Shown: one piece after another, positions 15,148 through 24,025 of the stretch | Numbering within the stretch: position 1 is the stretch's first letter | Layout of the letters: the number at the start of each line of letters is the position of its first letter | Origin: Thermoplasmata archaeon | GTDB lineage: Archaea; Thermoplasmatota; Thermoplasmata; Lutacidiplasmatales; UBA184 | Assembly (NCBI GenBank): GCA_021816955.1 | Contig: JAKAWP010000005.1 | Coordinates: 1-49,390 of the forward strand | Reading direction: 5' to 3' | Length of the DNA stretch: 49,390 nt | Notes under the pieces: model-generated | Seen by the model: only the letters and a program-made list of their open reading frames with translations | Database searches by the model: none | Told to the model about the DNA's origin: nothing | Position numbers and translations under genes: made by a program

Positions 15148-16467
15148 ATGAACAGGGTTCCGTCACCGGCGGCGCGTCCTCCGATCGATTGGCGGGCGGT
15201 CTTGGCCGTGGGAATCGTCATCGTTGTGGGCGCCTCGGTGACGTCAATCGCGCTCGCTCGCTCGCCGGCCGGGCCGTCCCGGCCGGTGTCGATGACGAAC
15301 GAGACCGCCCTGCTCGGCTCCGTCTTCCATCCCGGCATCATCCTCTCCGGCGATTCGAACGCGACCACGACCCTGCTCGGAGGGATCGGCGTCTACGCGA
15401 AGCAAACCGATTTCTCCCTCCCCGTGCTCGCGGCGATCGACTGGTCGTCGGGAACGCCGACCCTGACGAATCTCACCCCGGAGATCAGCGACTACTTCTG
15501 GAACGGAGGCATCTACAGCATTGTCTGGAACGGTTCGGCGTGGCTATTGACGGGCCAAGCGGCGTGGGGCGGTGTGAACTCCGGCGCGGTGGTCAGCTGG
15601 CAAGGCGGCCACTGGGTGAACCTGACGGCGCCGTTCCGGGCCGCGACGATCGGGGGCGGGATCTGGGCGGCCGCGTGGAACGGCACGGCGTGGCTTCTCG
15701 GAGGGAACGGCACCGCGGACGGACCGGTCCTCTTCTCGCTCACCGGTCGATCGGTAACGAACCTCTCTCGCGCGGTGACCTGGCACGGCACCCGAAGCTG
15801 GTACCAGTTTCTCGCGTGGGGCGGCCACGATTGGCTGATCGCGGGCGAAGGGATTCTCGGTGTGCTCCGCGGGTCGACGTTCACCGACGTCTTCCCGGCG
15901 TCGCCGTACGCCGGTAGCGGCGTGTACGCGGGGAGCTGGACCGGCAAGGCGTGGCTGGTCGGAGGCGGGGCGGGAAGGAGCGGCTGGATCGAGGGAACGA
16001 CGTTCGTCCCCGGTCCGACGTTGCCGTCCGAGTTCAACCAAGCGATCCTTTGGGTGCACGCCGTCCCCGGCGGGTGGCTCTTCGCAGGGAAGGGCGGGAC
16101 GGCCGCCACTCCGTTCGAACCGGTCGCGGCGTTTTGGACGGGCGCGCCCGGGAACGGATCGATGACCGACCTGACGGGGCTCTTGCCGACGGCTTTTGAA
16201 GGGGGCGAGGTGTACGGCGGGGTGATGCTTCCGCCGAGCGCCGGCCCGCTCCGTTACGCCCTCTACGGCGAAGGCGGATACAATTCGACCACCGGGCACG
16301 GCGTCGGAGCTCTCGCCGGCGTGACGGTCGAATCTTCGGCGGGCGGAACGGTCCGCATTGCCGAGGGGGGGCCGATCGCGGCCCAGCACACCAACGCGCT
16401 CGTGTGGGCGATTTCCGTCGGCTCGCCGTTCGTCCAAGGACTTGGGAGGGAGGAGGGACGCGCATGA
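15148..16467 (+). CDS. N-terminally anchored extracellular repeat protein (beta-propeller-like W-x-G-x-x-W-L-x-x-G blades), probable glycoprotein
   Basis: 439 aa. TM anchor AVLAVGIVIVVGASVTSIAL. Motifs repeat every ~45-50 aa: WNGSAWLLTG, WNGTAWLLGG, WGGHDWLIAG, WTGKAWLVGG, PGGWLFAG. Ten N-x-S/T sequons by manual count. Confidence 0.75.
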   Translation: MNRVPSPAARPPIDWRAVLAVGIVIVVGASVTSIALARSPAGPSRPVSMTNETALLGSVFHPGIILSGDSNATTTLLGGIGVYAKQTDFSLPVLAAIDWSSGTPTLTNLTPEISDYFWNGGIYSIVWNGSAWLLTGQAAWGGVNSGAVVSWQGGHWVNLTAPFRAATIGGGIWAAAWNGTAWLLGGNGTADGPVLFSLTGRSVTNLSRAVTWHGTRSWYQFLAWGGHDWLIAGEGILGVLRGSTFTDVFPASPYAGSGVYAGSWTGKAWLVGGGAGRSGWIEGTTFVPGPTLPSEFNQAILWVHAVPGGWLFAGKGGTAATPFEPVAAFWTGAPGNGSMTDLTGLLPTAFEGGEVYGGVMLPPSAGPLRYALYGEGGYNSTTGHGVGALAGVTVESSAGGTVRIAEGGPIAAQHTNALVWAISVGSPFVQGLGREEGRA

Positions 16468-16697
16468 AGATCTACTCCGAACGATGGCCGATCAAGTACC
16501 TCGTGTCGGACCACGGGATCTGTCTCGGAATCGACACGACGAAGCGCTCGTTCTTGTTCTTGCTGTCGAAGGGCGGCGTGCGGCTGGAGCCCCGACCCGT
16601 CGGCGACAAGGTCGTGGAAAACTTGGACTATGAGATCCCCGCTATCGAGGCCGCGCTGCGGAGCGAATCGCGTGGCGGCGCTTCGAACCGGCGCTAG
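16464..16697 (+). CDS. small hypothetical protein (77 aa)
   Basis: ATG 16464 overlaps the upstream stop (ATGA) and is preceded by GGGAGGGAGGAGGG. The sequence is protein-like and not low-complexity (MKIYSERWPIKYLVSDHGICLGIDTTKRSFLFLLSKGG...). It is visibly less GC-rich than its neighbours. Confidence 0.6.
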   Translation: MKIYSERWPIKYLVSDHGICLGIDTTKRSFLFLLSKGGVRLEPRPVGDKVVENLDYEIPAIEAALRSESRGGASNRR

Positions 16698-16709
16698 GGA
16701 GCCGAGAGA

Positions 16710-17474
16710 ATGACGGCGGAGTCGGTCGGCGCCGAAGCGCTCCGGATCGATCCGCGCGATCGGGGGACGGAGGCTCCGAGGACCGATCCCATGCCCTCCG
16801 CGGCGTCGACCGATCCGATCGAGAACGCCCCCGGGGCCGACCGGCTCCGCGAGCAGATGATCGCCGTCGCCCGGCGGTTCTCCGACCGGATCGCGAGCGA
16901 CGATATTGTCTTCATCGGGGTCTGCGGTTCCGTCTCCTACACCCCGAACCCGGGCGACGATATCGACCTCGTGATCGTCTGTCGCAACGGCACCCTCTGG
17001 CGGAGCCTACTGCGCTGCTTCTTTGCCCAGCGGCGCGCGAAAGTACCGGAGCTCTGCCTCTCGCTCACGATGGATGAGGACGGAGCGTGCCGATTGTTCG
17101 ATGCCTCCCACGATTACCTCACCGCCTCCGACGCGGCCCACGTCATCCCCTTGCGCGGCGGCGACTGGTACGAGCGCCTGCTCCGTCGGAGCCCCTCGGT
17201 CTTCGAGTATTTTCCTGAACGGCGGGTGCCGGGGGTCGAGCCGCTCCCCGATCCCCGGGCGGTCCGAGCGCCCTTGGATGCCGCCCTCTTCTTCCTCACC
17301 GCCGCCTATTTGGAGGCCAAGGCGCTCGTCAAGAACCACCAGTACCGACGCCGAGGATGGCGGGAGCGGGTGTTCCGCACCGTCGTGAGCCCCCACCAAT
17401 TCTGGTTCGACTCCGAGCGGTACCGCCAGCTCCGGATGGCCGGTCGCCCCGCGCCGGCGGCCGTTCCGCGATGA
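16710..17474 (+). CDS. nucleotidyltransferase-fold (Pol-beta superfamily) domain protein
   Basis: 254 aa. Minimal NTase signature GVCGSVSY-x9-GDDIDLVIV (G-S ... D-x-D), followed by a helical C-terminal region. The stop overlaps the next start (ATGA at 17471). Confidence 0.65.
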   Translation: MTAESVGAEALRIDPRDRGTEAPRTDPMPSAASTDPIENAPGADRLREQMIAVARRFSDRIASDDIVFIGVCGSVSYTPNPGDDIDLVIVCRNGTLWRSLLRCFFAQRRAKVPELCLSLTMDEDGACRLFDASHDYLTASDAAHVIPLRGGDWYERLLRRSPSVFEYFPERRVPGVEPLPDPRAVRAPLDAALFFLTAAYLEAKALVKNHQYRRRGWRERVFRTVVSPHQFWFDSERYRQLRMAGRPAPAAVPR

Positions 17475-18688
17475 CCGGTTCCACCCCCGACGCTCGGGAT
17501 CCGGACGGGGGCGGAGCGGCGTACTTGACGCTGCGGACGGAACTCGGCGAGACCCCGCTGGCGTTCGTCGAGGATCCGACGGGCGTCTATCTCATCGAGC
17601 AAGGGTCATCCCGTTGGGCCGCGGCGGTGCTGCGGCGCGGGTCGGCCGTCGTCGTTCGGCGCGCGGCGGCCGAGGTACGTCGCGCGGACCTCGTGGTCGA
17701 GCCCCGCGAGCGGGCGGCGATCTGGGCGGCGTTCGTCGAGAAGTACGGGCCCCCGACGGTCGCGCGGTGGTTTCCGTCGCCCGGACGGTATCTGCGGCTG
17801 CGGCCCGGACCGACGGATCCGCCGGACGGCGACCGGTACTTCGCCTGGCTCGAGACCGAATTCGACTCGATCGCCGACGACTACGACCGGCACATCTACG
17901 GCAACGTGGTGAACCGATTTCTGCGGGCCCGGTCGGTCGAACTCCTCACCCAACGGTTCGCCCGCGCGCCTCGGCTGCTCGAGATCGGCTGCGGCTCGGG
18001 CACGGAGACGCTGGAACTGCTCCGGGAAGGCCACGAGGTGGTCGCGGTCGACATCTCGGCCCGGATGCTCGCGGTCGTTCGGGAGAAGGCCCGGCGCGAC
18101 GGTGTCGGCGAGCGGCTCGAGACGCACCACCTGGCCGCGCGACGGCTCTCCGAACTCGTCCCGACGCTCGGGGTCGGCTCAGTCGACGGCGCGTACTCGA
18201 CCTACGGGGCCCTGAACTGCGAACCCGATCTTCGCCCGGTCGCTTCGGCGCTCTCCGAGCTCTTGCCCGCGGGCGCCCCGCTCGTCGCCGGGGTCTACAA
18301 CCGCTGGTGCCTGTTCGAGATGGTGAGCTACGCCGCCGTCGGCCGCGTCGACCGGGCGTTCGAGCGGCTCGGCTCGCCGGTGCCGGTCGGGCGTTCCCGG
18401 TTCTGCGTCGACACCTTTGCCTACTCTGCGGGCGAGTTCGCTCGGGCGTTCACCCCGTGGTTCTCCCGCGGGAGCGTCGAAGGCGTGGTCGTCGTCCTCC
18501 CCCCGTCGAATCTCGCCGCCTACCTCGCCCCGTTCCGCGAGCGCCTCGACCGATGGGAACGGTGGGATACCTGGATCGGCCGACGCTGGCCGTTCACGCA
18601 TCTCGGCGACCACTTTCTCATGACGATGTACCGGCACCCGGCGGACGGCGAGCCGACCCGGCCTCGACCCGAGGGACCGCCGGCGTGA
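17471..18688 (+). CDS. fusion protein: split-barrel (PNPOx / deazaflavin-dependent nitroreductase-like) N-domain + class I SAM-dependent methyltransferase
   Basis: 405 aa from ATG 17471 of ORF 17357..18688. The N-terminal ~130 aa pattern (SRWAAAVLRRGSAVVVRRAAAEVRRADLVVEPRERAAIWAAFVEKYG) recalls the DDN/DUF385 family. SAM motif I is LLEIGCGSGTETLELL, followed by VVAVDIS. Confidence 0.65.
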   Translation: MTGSTPDARDPDGGGAAYLTLRTELGETPLAFVEDPTGVYLIEQGSSRWAAAVLRRGSAVVVRRAAAEVRRADLVVEPRERAAIWAAFVEKYGPPTVARWFPSPGRYLRLRPGPTDPPDGDRYFAWLETEFDSIADDYDRHIYGNVVNRFLRARSVELLTQRFARAPRLLEIGCGSGTETLELLREGHEVVAVDISARMLAVVREKARRDGVGERLETHHLAARRLSELVPTLGVGSVDGAYSTYGALNCEPDLRPVASALSELLPAGAPLVAGVYNRWCLFEMVSYAAVGRVDRAFERLGSPVPVGRSRFCVDTFAYSAGEFARAFTPWFSRGSVEGVVVVLPPSNLAAYLAPFRERLDRWERWDTWIGRRWPFTHLGDHFLMTMYRHPADGEPTRPRPEGPPA

Positions 18689-20049
18689 AGGCCAAGGGGC
18701 CGCCGACCGGCGGGTCCCGGCCGGCGCCGAAATGGACGATCGGTTCGATCCTGCTCGCCGGCCTCGCGATCCGGGAGGCGTTTTCGTTCTGGACGGGCCA
18801 TCCGTACGACTTCGAAGTCTGGGTCCGCACGGCGTACGTCGTCGCCCACGGAGAGAACCCGTACACGTCGTTCTGGCCGGCCGTTCCCGGCGTCAGCTTC
18901 GCCTACCTCGGCCAGCCGCTGCCCTCCGCGGCGTACCTGCCGCTCTGGCCGGCCCTCCTGGGAGAGCTCTACCGGCTGTGGAGCGCTGTCGGCGGCGGCA
19001 ATCGGTTCGTCCTCTACTTTCTCCTGAAGCAACCGGGGATCCTCGCCGACATCGGGACGGCGTGGCTGCTCTACCGTCTCGGCGAACGGTGGAGCGGCGA
19101 GCGGCGAGTCGGCGTCCTCCTCGCGGCGTCCTGGTCGTTCTTTCCGTACGCGATCCTGATCACGGCGGTCTGGGGCGAGTTCGACAGCCTCGTCGTGATG
19201 ATCGTGCTGGCGATCCTCTGGAGCGCCTCGAGCCGGGATCGGGCGGTCTATAACGGCCTGGGGATCTTGGCGAAGTGGCTCACCGTCATCTTCCTGCCGT
19301 GGGAGTTTTTCCGGGCGCGCGGAGCCCGACGCGCCTACGTCGGGCTCTCGCTCGCGATCGCCGCCGCCGCGTCGGCCGCGCTGTTCGTCGCGGAGGGGTG
19401 GTCGTTCACCGGCATCCAATCGACCGGGCTCTCCGAAAGCCACGGGGGAGGGTACGGCATGAACTACGCGTACCTGTTCAATCTCCCCGTCGCGGCGCCG
19501 CTGGGAGGGGTGCCGATGCTGTTCACGATCATCGGCTACCTCTGGGTGCCGGGCGTCCTGGCCGCCGGCTGGGTCGCCGCGCGCTGGGTGGAGACGGAGC
19601 GACCGGTCGGCGTGCTGCGAGGGCTGCTGCTCGTAGTGACGGCGTTTCTCATCCTGCGCGCGGGTCTCTACGAGCAGTACCTGCTCTACCTGTTCGCCCC
19701 GCTCCTCCTCGACGTGACGATCTACCACCCGGGACGGCGGCCGCTCTTCGCGGGGCTGCTCGGCGTCTCCTGGGCGTACCTGATCCTGAACAACGACCTG
19801 TTGATCCGGTTCGTGAGCCCGCTCAGCCCGTCGGTGACGACGTTCACGACCGCGCTCGATGCCAGCTCGACCTTCGGCGTTTTCCGCCTGTATGCATTGG
19901 CCGTGCTCGCCGTCGTCATGACGATCTCGCTCGCGCAGCTCGCCGTCGTGCTCGTCCGGGATCGACCGGCGCCGACGGTCTGGTGGTGGTCGGTCGGTCG
20001 GGCCGTCCGTCGCTGGGCGGGCTCTACGATCGCCGAACGGAGGCGGTGA
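18685..20049 (+). CDS. GT-C-fold polytopic membrane glycosyltransferase-like protein (DUF2029/PMT-like)
   Basis: 454 aa from GTG 18685 (GTGA overlap). There are at least 10 TM segments. The first extracytoplasmic loop carries acidic/aromatic residues (HPYDFEVW). Overall architecture resembles archaeal and actinobacterial mannosyl/arabinosyl-transferases. Confidence 0.6.
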   Translation: MKAKGPPTGGSRPAPKWTIGSILLAGLAIREAFSFWTGHPYDFEVWVRTAYVVAHGENPYTSFWPAVPGVSFAYLGQPLPSAAYLPLWPALLGELYRLWSAVGGGNRFVLYFLLKQPGILADIGTAWLLYRLGERWSGERRVGVLLAASWSFFPYAILITAVWGEFDSLVVMIVLAILWSASSRDRAVYNGLGILAKWLTVIFLPWEFFRARGARRAYVGLSLAIAAAASAALFVAEGWSFTGIQSTGLSESHGGGYGMNYAYLFNLPVAAPLGGVPMLFTIIGYLWVPGVLAAGWVAARWVETERPVGVLRGLLLVVTAFLILRAGLYEQYLLYLFAPLLLDVTIYHPGRRPLFAGLLGVSWAYLILNNDLLIRFVSPLSPSVTTFTTALDASSTFGVFRLYALAVLAVVMTISLAQLAVVLVRDRPAPTVWWWSVGRAVRRWAGSTIAERRR

Positions 20050-21233
20050 TGGGGGCCGCGGTGTCGTCGGCCCGGTCGCTGCGCGTGCTCGAGCTGACGC
20101 AACGATATCCCCCGGCCGTCGGAGGGGTCGAACGCCACGTCGCAGATCTCGCCCGCGGCCTCGAGCGCCGAGGGGTTTCGGTCGAGGTCGCGACGACCGA
20201 CCTCGTCCGGGACGTCGGCCGTGACCGATTGGCCGACACCCCGTCCGGCACGGGACAGGTCCGCCGCCACCGGGCGTTCGTCGTCACTTCCCGACTCCGG
20301 GGGTTGGGCGTGATCTCGCCAGGACTGCTCACCGACTCATTGCGCGCGCCGGTCGACGTGATCCACGCGCATGCGTTCGGCTACCCCACGACGTGGATCG
20401 GCCGGATCGCCCAGCGGCTCCGCCGCCTGCCGCTCGTGGTCACGCCGCACGCCTACCCGGGCCCGCCGCCGTCCGGCCTCGCAGGCTACGACCGGTGGGT
20501 CGCCCGCGCGACGCTCGGCGGGGCCGACCGAATCGTCGCGCTCACCGAGACCGAGGCCGATTGGCTCGCCCGGCTCGGGGTCGACCGGGGCCGGATCACG
20601 GTTATCCCGAACGGCATCGACCTTTCCGAGTTCGAGTCGATCTCGTCCCGCCGCCGGCCGCACGACCATCCGATCGTGCTGTACGTCGGCCGCCTGCTCG
20701 CCCCCCAGAAAGGCCTCGACACCCTCGTGGAGGCGTTCGCGTTTCTGCCCCCGTCGCTGCGCGCGGAGCTGCGCGTGGTCGGGCCGGATTGGGGCGCGGC
20801 ATCGACCGTCCGGACGATCGCGCAGTCGAGGGGCGTCGGCGACCGGCTCACCCTGACCGGGCCGGTCTCCCGGGAGGCGCTGCTCGCCGAGTATGCCTCC
20901 GCGGACGTCTTCGTGCTGCCGTCCCGGTTCGAGCCGTTCGGAATCGTCCTCCTCGAAGCGATGGCCGCCGGCCTGCCGATCGTCGCGAGCCGAGTCGGCG
21001 GGATACCGGACGTCGTCGGCGATTGGGAGAACGCGCTTCTCGTGCCGGCGGGCCGGCCGCGGCCGCTCGCGGAGGCGATGCGAGTGCTGCTCACCGACGC
21101 GGAACTCCGGCGGCGGTTCTCCGACCGGGGCCGACACCGCGTCGAGCGATTTGCCTGGCCCGCGCTCCTCCCGCGATTCGTCGCGCTGTTCGAGGAGCTG
21201 GTCGGCGCGCGACGGCCCGCCGGCGCTTTGTAG
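20049..21233 (+). CDS. family-4 (GT-B) glycosyltransferase
   Basis: 394 aa from ATG 20049 (TGATG junction). N-terminal GGVERHV motif. C-terminal E-x7-E motif EPFGIVLLEAMAAGLPIV. Confidence 0.85.
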   Translation: MGAAVSSARSLRVLELTQRYPPAVGGVERHVADLARGLERRGVSVEVATTDLVRDVGRDRLADTPSGTGQVRRHRAFVVTSRLRGLGVISPGLLTDSLRAPVDVIHAHAFGYPTTWIGRIAQRLRRLPLVVTPHAYPGPPPSGLAGYDRWVARATLGGADRIVALTETEADWLARLGVDRGRITVIPNGIDLSEFESISSRRRPHDHPIVLYVGRLLAPQKGLDTLVEAFAFLPPSLRAELRVVGPDWGAASTVRTIAQSRGVGDRLTLTGPVSREALLAEYASADVFVLPSRFEPFGIVLLEAMAAGLPIVASRVGGIPDVVGDWENALLVPAGRPRPLAEAMRVLLTDAELRRRFSDRGRHRVERFAWPALLPRFVALFEELVGARRPAGAL

Positions 21234-21260
21234 TGGTGGGCGGTACCGTACGACGCACGC

Positions 21261-21267
21261 AAAATAT
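21261..21267 (+). promoter_or_regulatory. TATA-like box (AAAATAT) about 26 nt upstream of ATG 21290
   Basis: An AT-only heptamer directly after the GT4 stop. Its spacing to the second in-frame ATG (21290) fits a leaderless transcript. Confidence 0.35.
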
Positions 21268-21289
21268 GGCCGGCCGATGGGGGCATCCG

Positions 21290-21766
21290 ATGAACCGGAC
21301 GGACCGAGCGGCGATCGTCCTCGGAGCGCTCTTCGCGCTCGCGTTCGCGCTCTCGGTGGTGATGCTGGTCACCGACCAGAACCTGCGGACCGACTTCGGC
21401 ACGATCTCGAGCGGTTACTATGCGCACTGGTACGTCGTCCTCGTCACCGCGGTCGCGGACGCGGCCGGCGCCGCGCTATTGTGGACGGTGCGGGAACGTC
21501 GGACGCTCGTGGGCGGGACGATCGGGGCCGGCCTGCTCGTCGCGGTCTTTCTCGGCGACATCCTCACCTATAGCCAGGTCGGTTTTTCGTCCGCGAGCCA
21601 GTTCGCGCAGTACCTGTTCGGCATCACCTATTACGGGGGGAATATCCGGTACCTGTACGACGCCGTGCTCGCTGTGTACGTGGTCGCCTTCGCCGTCGGA
21701 CTCGCGAGCGTCCTCCTTTCCCGGCGATCGGGCGTCTCGTCGGAGCCGCCTCCGACGTCGCCGTGA
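21290..21766 (+). CDS. small integral membrane protein (4 TM), unknown function
   Basis: 158 aa from ATG 21290 (alternative ATG 21266), in the frame of ORF 20393..21766. Four clear hydrophobic segments (AAIVLGALFALAFALSVVMLV; WYVVLVTAVADAAGAALLW; IGAGLLVAVFLGDIL; AVLAVYVVAFAVGLASVLL). Confidence 0.65.
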   Translation: MNRTDRAAIVLGALFALAFALSVVMLVTDQNLRTDFGTISSGYYAHWYVVLVTAVADAAGAALLWTVRERRTLVGGTIGAGLLVAVFLGDILTYSQVGFSSASQFAQYLFGITYYGGNIRYLYDAVLAVYVVAFAVGLASVLLSRRSGVSSEPPPTSP

Positions 21767-21904
21767 CGGGCGAACGGGGCCGCGGGGGGTCCCGCCGACC
21801 GATCCCTGAGAGCCGGCGTACCGCGGGCACTCGGTGGTCGAGGGGCCAGGCCCCGGAACTCCGCCGCTTCATCGGAGACCGGGCGATCGGGAAGACGGGG
21901 ACGG

Positions 21905-23008
21905 TCAGGCTTTCGGTTCGGGCTGCGTCGCGCAGTGGATCGCGCCCAATCCCCAGATGAGGTCGCCCGAGTAGATCCCGACGACCTCCCGGTCCGGGCA
22001 GAGGGAGGCGAGCGTCGCCAGCACCGTTCGGTCGGACGGGTCGTTGAACGTCGGGACGAGCAGGCGGCCGTTCGCGAAGTAGAAGTTGAGGGGGCTCGCG
22101 GGGACCGGGCGGCCGGCGTAGCGGCGGGGGGCCGGGAGCGGAAGGGGCACGACCGTGAGCCGGCGGCCATCGGAGAGCCGGGTCGCGCGCAACCGGGCGA
22201 GGTTCTCCTCGAGCGGCGCGAAGTTCGGATCGCTCTCTTCCGGGGCCCGGGCGGCCACGACGGTCGTCGGGCCGACGAACCGCGCGATGTCGTCGACGTG
22301 CCCGTGGGTGTCGTCGCCGACCAGCCCACGGCCGAGCCAGATGACCTGGTCGACCCCGAGGTAGTCGCTCAGGGCCGCCTCGACCTCGTCCCGGCGGGCC
22401 CCCGGGTTGCGCGCCTGCCGGCGGGACAAGAGGCACTCCTCGGTGGTCAACAGCGCCCCCGCGCCGTTCGGGTCGATGCTGCCGCCCTCGAGCACCATCG
22501 GCCGGCCCCGGATCGTCGCGCGGAAGCTGGGGACGCCGCGCGCGCGGGCGATCCGCTCCGCGAGGCGGGCGTCCCGGTGCCAATCGTCGTAGCGCGCCCA
22601 CGCATTGAACACGAACCGGACGGCCGCGAGCCGCTCGGGGCCGTGCCGCCGGACGACGAAGATCGGTCCGGAGTCCCGGACCCACCCCCGATCGGTCGAG
22701 AACCGGTGGAAGCGGACCCGGTCGAGCCGAACGCCCGCGGCGTGCAGGACCTCCCGCGCCGACCGTTCCGTCCGTCCGTCGTTCACGACCAGGTCGACGG
22801 CTTCCCCCCGCACGAGGTGGCGGACGATCTCGGCGTAGACCCACGGGATCGCGGGAAACCGGCCCGGCCAGTCGCTTCGGGCCTGCGGCCAGACGAGCCA
22901 GGTGCTCGCGTGCGGCTCCCACTCGGCGGGCCAACGATACCCGAGCGCCCGGGGAGTCGGGGGAGCCGAAACGGCCGGATCGCCCGACGGCCGGCGAACC
23001 GCGCTCAC
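21905..23008 (-). CDS. aguA: agmatine deiminase
   Basis: 367 aa. Porphyromonas-type peptidylarginine/agmatine deiminase hallmarks: YRWPAEWEPH, WVRDSGPIFV, GGSIDPNGAGALLTTEECLL, DDTHGHVDD, and C-terminal GAIHCATQ with the catalytic Cys. GTGA overlap with aguB. Confidence 0.9.
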   Translation of the reverse strand: MSAVRRPSGDPAVSAPPTPRALGYRWPAEWEPHASTWLVWPQARSDWPGRFPAIPWVYAEIVRHLVRGEAVDLVVNDGRTERSAREVLHAAGVRLDRVRFHRFSTDRGWVRDSGPIFVVRRHGPERLAAVRFVFNAWARYDDWHRDARLAERIARARGVPSFRATIRGRPMVLEGGSIDPNGAGALLTTEECLLSRRQARNPGARRDEVEAALSDYLGVDQVIWLGRGLVGDDTHGHVDDIARFVGPTTVVAARAPEESDPNFAPLEENLARLRATRLSDGRRLTVVPLPLPAPRRYAGRPVPASPLNFYFANGRLLVPTFNDPSDRTVLATLASLCPDREVVGIYSGDLIWGLGAIHCATQPEPKA

Positions 23009-24018
23009 GTCCGGTCGAGGTAGCGCTCGGTGAGAGAGCCGTAGGCGTCGACGCGACGGTCGCGCAGAAACGGCCAGTGCCGCCGGGTCGTCTCGACGAG
23101 CGACGGGTCGATCGTGGCGTACACGATCTCAGGGCGCTCGTGCGAGGCGCGCGCCACCATGCGGCCGAACGGGTCGGCGACGAACGAGCCGCCCCAGAAC
23201 TCGAGGCCCGGCCCGTCGGCGCGGAGCGGGGCGGCGGCCGACCCCCCGACAACGACCTCGGCGTGCTCGAGCCCGACCCGATTCACGGCGGCGACGTAGA
23301 CCCCGTTCGCGATCGCGTGGGCCCGATGCATCGTCACCCACGCGTCGTACTGCGCAGCGCCGTGCTCGGCCTTCTCGTCCGGGTGCCAGCCGATCGCGGA
23401 CGGATAGACGAGGAGCTCGGCGCCGCGCAGCGCGGTGAGGCGGGCGGCTTCGGGATACCACTGGTCCCAGCAGACGAGCGGGCCGAGGGTGAGCGCGGAA
23501 AGACGCACCGCCACAAAGCCGAGGTCGCCGGGGGTGAAGTAGAACTTCTCGTAGTAGCGGGGGTCGTCCGGGATGTGCATCTTGCGGTAGACGCCGGCGA
23601 GCGAGCCGTCGGAGGCGTAGACGACCAGGGTGTTGTGATAGACGCCCGGGGCTCGCCGCTCGAACAGGGACCCGACCACGGCCGCCCGGCTCGCCCGGGC
23701 CGCGGCGGCGAGCGCCCGGCCGGTCGGGCCATCGAGCGGCTCGGCGAGGTCGAAGTACGCCGGGTTCTCTTCCTGGCAGAAGTACTGCGAGGCGAACAGC
23801 TCGGGCAGCACGACGATCCGGGCGCCATGGGACGCCGCGTCGCGGATGCGCGCGACGGCCGTAGCGACGTTCTCGGGCGGGGACGGGCCGACCGCCAGCT
23901 GGACGAGCGCGATCGGAACGGGCGACGCAGCGATCACGACCGGTTCCCCCGACGGACCGCCGTACACGGAGCCGGCTTCTTGAGCGTTCGCGTCGCCGCC
24001 GTCCGGCGCGCCGGCCAA
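23005..24018 (-). CDS. aguB: N-carbamoylputrescine amidase (nitrilase superfamily)
   Basis: 337 aa; the true start may be internal, near VVIAASP. CN-hydrolase triad context: VLPELF (Glu), YRKMHIPD (Lys), LVCWDQWYPE (Cys). Directly coupled to aguA. Confidence 0.85.
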   Translation of the reverse strand: MAGAPDGGDANAQEAGSVYGGPSGEPVVIAASPVPIALVQLAVGPSPPENVATAVARIRDAASHGARIVVLPELFASQYFCQEENPAYFDLAEPLDGPTGRALAAAARASRAAVVGSLFERRAPGVYHNTLVVYASDGSLAGVYRKMHIPDDPRYYEKFYFTPGDLGFVAVRLSALTLGPLVCWDQWYPEAARLTALRGAELLVYPSAIGWHPDEKAEHGAAQYDAWVTMHRAHAIANGVYVAAVNRVGLEHAEVVVGGSAAAPLRADGPGLEFWGGSFVADPFGRMVARASHERPEIVYATIDPSLVETTRRHWPFLRDRRVDAYGSLTERYLDRT

Positions 24019-24025
24019 GCCTTCC

